From: Candidatus Omnitrophota bacterium
Lineage (GTDB): Bacteria > Omnitrophota > Gorgyraeia > Zapsychrales > Zapsychraceae
Reading direction: 5' to 3'
DNA length: 64,000 nucleotides
NCBI GenBank assembly: GCA_029261065.1
Contig: JAJDCB010000006.1
Location: 284-64,283, forward strand
The notes beneath the pieces were generated by a model that ran no database searches, was not told where the DNA came from, and worked only from the letters and a program-made list of their open reading frames with translations. How positions within the stretch are numbered: position 1 is the first letter of the stretch; every line of letters begins with the position of its first letter. The translations under genes were made by a program, and so were the position numbers. This document shows positions 57,331-64,000 of the stretch, one piece after another.

Positions 57331-57345
57331 ACTAAACGGCTCTAT

Positions 57346-57627
57346 CTATTCATATTCACACAGATAAGCTGTATCTTGGGCTACTTTCAGCTTGAATTTC
57401 GAGTTACCAGGGATATCGAAAGAAGAACCTGCTCCAAAATCTTCCCATTCATCATATTCAGCAAAATAAACTGAGAACTCACCCGTTATAACCGTGATCG
57501 TCTCCTTCGTCTGCGTATCAAATTCATACTCCCCCGGCTCCATAACGCCGACCGTCTTCTTCCCTTCGCTAGAATTAACCGCAAAAGATTTAACCTTTCC
57601 ATCAAAATACTCATTAACTTCAATCAC
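57346..57627 (-). CDS. ppnP: Pyrimidine/purine nucleoside phosphorylase
   Basis: VNEYFDGKVKS...TVGVMEPGEYEF.T...E...AYLCEY. Confidence 0.9.
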   Translation of the reverse strand: MIEVNEYFDGKVKSFAVNSSEGKKTVGVMEPGEYEFDTQTKETITVITGEFSVYFAEYDEWEDFGAGSSFDIPGNSKFKLKVAQDTAYLCEYE

Positions 57628-57642
57628 TTCTCTTCTCCTTTT

Positions 57643-57918
57643 TTATAATGACTTAACCATTTTTAATATTTTTACAACCTTACGACCCTCTGTTGTCAGT
57701 GTATAAAAAACTTTTAAAGGCTTTTCAGTTACCAGACGGCGCTGAATATATTCAAACCTTTCAAGCTTCTTTAATCGTTGATACAAAACTTTCTTTGTCA
57801 GACCTGAAATACTGCGCAACAACTCTCCTGGCTGCTTAATTCCGGCTGCAATTTGCATCAACACCGAACTACTCCATTTACAACGTAAAACATTTTCAAA
57901 TTGGCTTTGTTTCTCCAT
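57643..57918 (-). CDS. HxlR family winged-HTH regulator
   Basis: KWS..VL...ISGLTKKVLYQRLKKLE...P.KVFYTLTTEG. Confidence 0.85.
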   Translation of the reverse strand: MEKQSQFENVLRCKWSSSVLMQIAAGIKQPGELLRSISGLTKKVLYQRLKKLERFEYIQRRLVTEKPLKVFYTLTTEGRKVVKILKMVKSL

Positions 57919-57945
57919 GGTAACCAGTTTCCTTTTTGTGCCTAA

Positions 57946-57973
57946 TTGACGATAAGAAAATACATTTTATACT
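57946..57973 (+). promoter_or_regulatory. Sigma70 promoter for the glutaredoxin gene
   Basis: TTGACG-16 nt-TATACT. Confidence 0.55.
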
Positions 57974-58015
57974 ATCGTATACAAACAAATCAACAACAAC
58001 AAAAGGAGAAAAACA

Positions 58016-58246
58016 ATGAGCAAAGAAATTACTTTTTATGATGGTGGATGTGCCGACTGCCAAAATGTCGCTGCATATTTTAGCGCCAATGGGGTCGATT
58101 ATAAACGCGTTAACATCAAAGCCCATCCAGAATTGGCTAATGAAGCCAAAGAAAAAGGGGCAACAACGTTTCCAGCTGTATTTATCAATGATGATTTAGT
58201 TGAAGGCTGGAATGAACAAGGCTTACAAAACAAGCTTGGTTTATAA
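58016..58246 (+). CDS. Glutaredoxin/NrdH-like protein
   Basis: CADC; TTFP cis-Pro; VEGW; AAAGGAG RBS. Confidence 0.85.
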   Translation: MSKEITFYDGGCADCQNVAAYFSANGVDYKRVNIKAHPELANEAKEKGATTFPAVFINDDLVEGWNEQGLQNKLGL

Positions 58247-58260
58247 AAAGCTCGTTCCTT

Positions 58261-58309
58261 TAATTTCGGGACCACTTACCATGGCTATATGGTAGGTGGC
58301 CTGAAATTA
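58261..58309. terminator. Long hairpin between convergent genes (likely terminator)
   Basis: TAATTTCGGG-ACCACTTACCAT...ATGGTAGGTGG-CCTGAAATTA. Confidence 0.65.
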
Positions 58310-58324
58310 AAATCTATCAGTTAT

Positions 58325-59869
58325 CTACCAATCAATCGGAAAATAATCTTTTAAGAATTTTCCGCACCAATGTTTCCCCGTATTGATGCCATCAAAAAAC
58401 GGATCGCACACACGTGCTGCGCCATCGACAATATCAAGCGGCGGTTGGAAGTCGTGGACTTCTTGTTTATGTTGGGAAAGATGTGCGGGATCTTCATCTG
58501 TGACCCAACCGGTGTCGACAGCATTCATATAGATGCCATCTTTGACTAAACTCCCCGCAGATGTATGTGTCAGCATATTAAGAGCGGCTTTAGCCATATT
58601 AGTATGAGGATGACGATCTATTTTTTTAAAACGATGAAACTTCCCCTCCATCGCACTAACATTGACCATGTGTTTTTTTCCGGTGAGATCACGCTTCATC
58701 ATAGGTTCTAATTTATTACATAATACAAAAGGGGCTATGGCATTGACTAGTTGCAACTCAAACATCTCGGATGTATCAATCTCGCCTAAACGCAGGCGCC
58801 AGCTGTTTGTTTTACGTAGATCGACTTGTTGTAAATCCACGTCGAGTTCTCCTTCTGGGAAAACTTCTGCTGATTTCAGAGAATGATCATAGGCGTAAGG
58901 AATTTGAGAAAGCGCGGCTGATTCACGTAACCCAACACCCGGCGTTTTCCCCATCCAATTGACCGTTAACATATCTTTCTTTTGCAAGCTAGTTGTTGAA
59001 GAAGAAACTAGTTCCCTTTTACATTCTTCATAATATTTAAGTAATTGTTGTGTATCGACGGACATTTCAGAGACAGGCAACTGTTCGTTGGCCATTAAAT
59101 GGGCATAAAATCCGGGAGGACGTCTGACGGTTTGGGCGGCATTGTTAATTAAAATATCGAGTCGGTCATAACGTTGAGCTATGTAATTGCAGAATATTTC
59201 TACACTGGGCGTGTGACGCAAATCAAGTCCGTAAACATGCAGATTATTTTTCCACTGCGCGAAATCTTCTTCACGCGCGTAACGCATAGCAGAATCTATA
59301 GGAAAACGTGTGGTGGCAATGACTGTTGCTCCGGCTCGCAACATCATTAATGTCGCTTGATAGCCTATCTTTAAACGCGATCCTGTAATTAAAGCTACCT
59401 GTCCGGACAAATCTGCTGTTTGAAAACGTTTCTTGTAATTAAATTCCGCGCAACTCTGACACATCGCATCATAAAAAAAATGAAGTTTGTTATATTCAGC
59501 TTTGCACACATAACAATTCCGCGCGTCCTTAAAATGGGAACCTTCAATCATGGCTCCAGCATCTAGCCCCAACAGGCGTTGGGGGGCTTCAAAGACCACC
59601 ACATCACGGGCCTGGCGAATCCCTGTTGTCCCACGGATGTTACGTTCTTGTTTGATGATTTTTTGACGACGAACTTTTCCGCATATAGAATCTCGTCTGC
59701 GAAGCTCATCGCGGGTTGGGCGAGATATGCGTCCTGCCGCTTTCATAAGCGAAATTCTTTCACCTTCGCTTAAATCCTCCCACAGGTGTGGTTGGTCCGC
59801 CAGGATGCTTAAAAAAGAGATACACTCTTTGAGTTTGTCTGAAATATTATGTTCTGGGCTTGATGTCAT
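58325..59869 (-). CDS. SDR family oxidoreductase with an N-terminal Cys4 motif
   Basis: CYVC...CQSC; [11 protein letters not shown]; LINNAA; NVSAMEG; [11 protein letters not shown]; VDTGW. Confidence 0.85.
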   Translation of the reverse strand: MTSSPEHNISDKLKECISFLSILADQPHLWEDLSEGERISLMKAAGRISRPTRDELRRRDSICGKVRRQKIIKQERNIRGTTGIRQARDVVVFEAPQRLLGLDAGAMIEGSHFKDARNCYVCKAEYNKLHFFYDAMCQSCAEFNYKKRFQTADLSGQVALITGSRLKIGYQATLMMLRAGATVIATTRFPIDSAMRYAREEDFAQWKNNLHVYGLDLRHTPSVEIFCNYIAQRYDRLDILINNAAQTVRRPPGFYAHLMANEQLPVSEMSVDTQQLLKYYEECKRELVSSSTTSLQKKDMLTVNWMGKTPGVGLRESAALSQIPYAYDHSLKSAEVFPEGELDVDLQQVDLRKTNSWRLRLGEIDTSEMFELQLVNAIAPFVLCNKLEPMMKRDLTGKKHMVNVSAMEGKFHRFKKIDRHPHTNMAKAALNMLTHTSAGSLVKDGIYMNAVDTGWVTDEDPAHLSQHKQEVHDFQPPLDIVDGAARVCDPFFDGINTGKHWCGKFLKDYFPIDW

Positions 59870-59929
59870 GGCTCAACTCAATTGCCATTCTAAGAGAGAA
59901 CGAAGAGAAAAACAAACAAAAAGATTCTC

Positions 59930-61540
59930 TTAAAGTGCTGCAACACCCCCATACGCAATTCCCGTCAAATAAGCCATATCGCGGTTAAACGTTGTCAGGT
60001 TATCTGAATTGAATTGATTAAAATGGGTATAGCCGCAAGCGCGAGCCAAAACTTTCATTAAATCAACAGATGCACCAAAAAATCTAGCTAAACGTTGGGC
60101 TGATTCATCAACGATAAGACGTGATCGTAAATCTTTTTTCTGTGTGGCGATTCCAACAGGGCAATTGTTAGTGTGACAAGCACGCATCCCCAAACAACCA
60201 ATAGCTTGAAGAGCAGAATTGGAAAGAGCAACGGCATCCGCTCCTAATGCAAGCGCCTTGGCAAAGTCGGCAGGCAATCTTAACCCGCCGGTAATGATTA
60301 ACGACACTTCTTTATCCGTCTTATCCAAATGTTTTCTAGCTCGTGCTAAAGCGGGAATGGTTGGAACCGATATATTGTCACGAAAAATTAAAGGAGCGGC
60401 ACCTGTTCCACCACCGCGACCATCTAAGATGACGTAATCACATCCAACCTCTAACGCAGCATCAATATCTTTCTCTATATGTTGAGCCGATAACTTATAA
60501 CCAATAGGAATACCACCCGTCTCCTCTTTTATCATAGCCGCAAAATCTTTAATATATTTAATATCATCCCAATCAGGAAATCTTGGTGGAGAGATAGCCG
60601 CTTCGCCTTCTTTTAATCCACGCACCTGTGCAATCTTGCCCTTCACTTTATTACCAGGCAAATGGCCACCTGTTCCTGTCTTAGCCCCTTGCCCACCTTT
60701 AAAATGAAACGCTTGGCATTTTTTAACCTTATCAATAGAATAACCAAATCGGCCAGAGGCTAATTCGTAGAAGTAACGAGAATTTTCCGCTTGCTCCTCC
60801 GGTAACATCCCGCCTTCCCCACTACATATTCCGGTACCAGCTAATTCAGCTCCTTTAGCCAAAGCTGTCTTAGCCTCTTCAGACAAAGCACCAAAACTCA
60901 TATCGGATACAAACAAAGGAATCTTAAGTGTTAGAGGCTTCTTGGCTTTTGGTCCTATGACAGCATCGGTTCCCACATCAACATCATCGAGTTGTGGCAA
61001 TGTCGCTAATTGAGCTGTTATAAATTGAATATTTTCCCATTTAGGTAATTCTTGGCGGGGAACACCCATCGCTGAGGATTGTCCATGATGACCAACTTTG
61101 GAGAGTCCGTCTTTGGCTAATTGTTGAATGGATTGAAAGTAAGGTTCTTCAGGCGCGCCATGCAAATCTTTGTAAAGGCCTTGATAGTCATCACGATTAT
61201 ACGCTTGCGGATGATCTTTCTCCCACGCGATAATTTCATCTTCATCTACCAAAACGTAATCATTCTCTATCCAAGAATTAAATTTCGTTAATCGTTCTTT
61301 ATTGTTATACGAACTCACTCCCGTCTCAAATTTGAAATCCCATCCATGTACGCCACAAATAATATCATCGCCATGAACGGTTCCATCAGACATCAAAGCC
61401 CCACGATGCGCACAACGCCCATATAATACAGAGACTTTTTCATCATATTTAATAACAACAAGATCAACTTGTGCGACTAATGCATAACCTGGTGTTCGAT
61501 CTTTAAGTTCTGATAATTTAGCAATACTAACTTTTTTCAT
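59930..61540 (-). CDS. Rieske [2Fe-2S] + FMN-binding glutamate-synthase-family fusion
   Basis: CAH...CGVH Rieske; MSFGALS, SGEGG, GQGAK.G.GGHLP, LDGRGGGTGAAP; CLGMRACHTNNC [3Fe-4S] motif. Confidence 0.9.
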   Translation of the reverse strand: MKKVSIAKLSELKDRTPGYALVAQVDLVVIKYDEKVSVLYGRCAHRGALMSDGTVHGDDIICGVHGWDFKFETGVSSYNNKERLTKFNSWIENDYVLVDEDEIIAWEKDHPQAYNRDDYQGLYKDLHGAPEEPYFQSIQQLAKDGLSKVGHHGQSSAMGVPRQELPKWENIQFITAQLATLPQLDDVDVGTDAVIGPKAKKPLTLKIPLFVSDMSFGALSEEAKTALAKGAELAGTGICSGEGGMLPEEQAENSRYFYELASGRFGYSIDKVKKCQAFHFKGGQGAKTGTGGHLPGNKVKGKIAQVRGLKEGEAAISPPRFPDWDDIKYIKDFAAMIKEETGGIPIGYKLSAQHIEKDIDAALEVGCDYVILDGRGGGTGAAPLIFRDNISVPTIPALARARKHLDKTDKEVSLIITGGLRLPADFAKALALGADAVALSNSALQAIGCLGMRACHTNNCPVGIATQKKDLRSRLIVDESAQRLARFFGASVDLMKVLARACGYTHFNQFNSDNLTTFNRDMAYLTGIAYGGVAAL

Positions 61541-61719
61541 AAATTCTCCAATCTATTTTATTTAATCTTAAGCAATGCGTTTTGTTATAAAATTCATTAT
61601 ATTATTGCCCTCCTAGAGAAGCAACACATACATGACGATTGCTACGGGATTAAGTCGTAGAGATATTATAAAGCTTACAATTTATTTTTGATAATTGTGT
61701 AGTGAATGTCTCAGGCTAA

Positions 61720-63951
61720 TTAAACAATTGCTTCAACTGATTTGGTGTCTATGGGATATGACTTTTGAGGCCTTAAAAGACGGGAGAATGCACGTAACTT
61801 TTTATATACCAAAATACGAATAGAATAAATGAAATCACGACTTTTTTTCTTAAGGATAAGTTGAGAAAATAAACAACTTCGTCTACTTGTAAACTGAACG
61901 CACCGTGTGTAAGCATTTCTACGATACGAATAACAGTAGCTAAATGCTTTTAGAAAAGACATCTTTGGAGCAAATTGAGAGACATACGTTTCAGCTTGAT
62001 CAACAACATGAGGATGATCACCTATGGCTATCGCTTCTTGCCGATGTGAATCGACCATGTACAACCTTAAAAGAGATAGTAACTTCGAATTGTAATCTTT
62101 CTCTTCAATCTCTTCAAACTTAACGTCATCAAAATTTAAATGTTTTACAAATTCTTTAATTCCCGCTCTAAAATCTTTTATACCCCAAGCTTTAAAAGCA
62201 GGATTACTTCTGCCTCCCTTAAACAAAGGTTTAATGGATCCGTTGCTTCCCTTATAAGAGTATGTCATGCTGTGATCAGCCGATGTAAATATTTCAAGAT
62301 GATCAAAAATATTATGCAGTATTAAGTCGTTAGCTTTCTTCCATTCTTTAGGTTTCAGAAGATACGCGTAATAACGATTGGATGGAGTATAGTTTGCCTC
62401 ATTTTCATCTGTTAACCCTAAATAAAACCCCTTAACAATCTTTTTACAACCCATCTCATATTCCAAAATTGTTTTTAAAGCATACTGTAAATTTCCTTGC
62501 CAACCTATGTCAACAATGGCCCATGAAATCTCATCACATAAACCTTCCTGAGAAAAATAGGCAAATGCTTTTTTACGCAATTGAGCAGATCTTTTTAAAA
62601 TTTCTTTTGAGACCACTTGTGTTTTAAACAAACATGCAACCTCTTCAATCTGCTGTTCTGATAAACGATCATCAACATCAGCTATGGTGTTAAACCTTTC
62701 TTTAAATTGAGTTAAAAGCCACTGGGGATTCAGACTCAATCTCCTGGCCACAATACGTAACGTCAAATACGGCAAGTTGTATAAAGCCCATCGGTTTAAA
62801 GATTTTTCATTAATTTCCGTTACAGCGGGTAGAAACCAAGCTTGACGCGAGACATAAAGGTATTTCAACTCTATCTCAATTCCCCGTTGTTCTTTGATGA
62901 TCTTAGCAATCTCAAATAATATTTGTCCGTCTCGAGCTAGAAAATACAACCTTTTGATTCGACTACGTTTGGCTTTAGTTAAAATCCACAACACATAACT
63001 ATATATAATCGGTCCTGCAACCTGAGCTCCTATATGATATAAAACTTCTTTAACCGGTTTATGATGCCCCATATTCAAACGAGCCAAACGAGATGCGCCT
63101 GCCATTCTTTGAAAAATTAGTTTTGATACTTTACGTTTTGATTCCCCTTTTAACCATAACTTCTCATAACGCTTAAAAAATGCTTGCGAAAGATACACGC
63201 CTTTGATGCGACATTTGCGCGACATAAGAACGTCCGAATAAAAATTATCTCCAATATGATAAATATCTTGAGCGCGACATTGTTCTTTCTCTAATACTAT
63301 TTCATAAAGCTTCCCTGTGCACTTAAAGACCCGATGTTCGCTTGATACGTATAGTCCATCTCCCTTTTGATATGCTCCGGCTTTAATCAAAAGTTCTTTA
63401 ATAAAGTCTTTGGACAGATACATATCAGAGACAAAAATAATACGCTGCTTTTTCTCCCTTAACTTTTTTATCAAATTCACTATGTAAGGATGAGGTTGAA
63501 TAGAGGCCTTCTCTGCTTGCAACTCCCATTGCATCAGTTTAGAGTTAAGTTTTTTAGACAAACGATACTTCTTTGACATCCAAGTATAGATTTCATCAAA
63601 TCGAATATCTTCATGCCCAGACTCACTTCGCGCTGCCGCCTCTGCATCCTGACGAATTTGTACAAAATGATTTTTGAATTTTGAAGAAAACGTTTCGTTA
63701 GACTTCTTTATACACTCTTGCACCTCCATAAAAATACTTTCAGGCAAACCTGATTGGCGCACGACAACAGTATCAAAGACATCAAAACTAACAAGTGAAC
63801 ACTCTCCTTTTAGGATCGCTTTCTCATGACGTCTTATCTGGTATTTGTATTTTAAGACTCCTCTGTAGCCCAATCGAAATTTATCCCAAATGGCCGAAAA
63901 AAACTGCCTAGGACGGCACAAAAGTCTAATAGCTGTTTTTATTTTTTTCAT
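61720..63951 (-). CDS. HAD-superfamily hydrolase (COG5610-like, typical of polysaccharide loci)
   Basis: SFDVFDT, FVSDMY, HIGDNFYSD; FLARDG; VDIGWQGNLQ. Confidence 0.82.
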   Translation of the reverse strand: MKKIKTAIRLLCRPRQFFSAIWDKFRLGYRGVLKYKYQIRRHEKAILKGECSLVSFDVFDTVVVRQSGLPESIFMEVQECIKKSNETFSSKFKNHFVQIRQDAEAAARSESGHEDIRFDEIYTWMSKKYRLSKKLNSKLMQWELQAEKASIQPHPYIVNLIKKLREKKQRIIFVSDMYLSKDFIKELLIKAGAYQKGDGLYVSSEHRVFKCTGKLYEIVLEKEQCRAQDIYHIGDNFYSDVLMSRKCRIKGVYLSQAFFKRYEKLWLKGESKRKVSKLIFQRMAGASRLARLNMGHHKPVKEVLYHIGAQVAGPIIYSYVLWILTKAKRSRIKRLYFLARDGQILFEIAKIIKEQRGIEIELKYLYVSRQAWFLPAVTEINEKSLNRWALYNLPYLTLRIVARRLSLNPQWLLTQFKERFNTIADVDDRLSEQQIEEVACLFKTQVVSKEILKRSAQLRKKAFAYFSQEGLCDEISWAIVDIGWQGNLQYALKTILEYEMGCKKIVKGFYLGLTDENEANYTPSNRYYAYLLKPKEWKKANDLILHNIFDHLEIFTSADHSMTYSYKGSNGSIKPLFKGGRSNPAFKAWGIKDFRAGIKEFVKHLNFDDVKFEEIEEKDYNSKLLSLLRLYMVDSHRQEAIAIGDHPHVVDQAETYVSQFAPKMSFLKAFSYCYSYRRNAYTRCVQFTSRRSCLFSQLILKKKSRDFIYSIRILVYKKLRAFSRLLRPQKSYPIDTKSVEAIV

Positions 63952-64000
63952 AGTTTTATCATTTTAAAAAATTGACCACTATTTTAATCTAAATGTAGAT

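Noticed and set aside
57318-57337. LexA/SOS box (TACTGTATA...)
   Set aside because: Only one CTGT half-site; the matching ACAG at the required spacing is absent.
61541-61719. Possible riboswitch in the leader of the Rieske-GltS-like gene
   Set aside because: Only short weak stems and no aptamer consensus I recognise; an Rfam/Infernal scan would be needed.
2213-62325. Many short overlapping or antisense ORFs (e.g. 2213..2650, 7730..8056, 15068..15502, 28327..28773, 35136..35534, 53153..53488)
   Set aside because: They lie within well-supported genes on the other strand or frame and show no motifs or RBS.

Overview
AT-rich bacterial chromosomal window with about 65 protein-coding genes, mostly on the minus strand. 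I found no rRNA, tRNA, CRISPR array, transposase or integrase. The gene content (TIGR04073-like protein, TpsA/TpsB pair, many PAS/hybrid kinases) is reminiscent of Candidatus Omnitrophota (PVC), but that is inference. The left ~27 kb (1-27346) is one co-oriented block. It holds ion and metal transporters, a GT4 + alkaline-phosphatase-like + EEP triple-fusion protein next to a six-hairpin glycosidase, a MORN protein, a two-partner secretion pair, microproteins, an orphan GemA, a cytochrome c and a PRTase. It ends in a soluble PAS-PAS kinase and a NarL-type regulator. The main finding is a palindrome, TRAGTA-N4-TACTTA, upstream of six of this block's transcription units, usually as a strong + weak pair exactly 22 bp apart and 22-23 bp from a -10 box. 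This suggests a self-contained, probably redox-controlled regulon. The right half is mixed accessory/housekeeping: an MMPL exporter, an OmpR two-component system whose promoter sits in a 20-bp inverted repeat, a desaturase/microprotein/IF-1/DEAD-box cluster, Ogt, pirin, DksA-like, Uup, a TetR-controlled AhpD/PNPOx/VOC operon with visible operators, PpnP, HxlR/glutaredoxin, a Rieske-glutamate synthase-like protein and a HAD hydrolase. Three coding regions missing from the ORF track (a carbonic-anhydrase-like gene and two microproteins) and a frameshifted pseudogene were read by hand. Family names come from motif recognition, not database searches.
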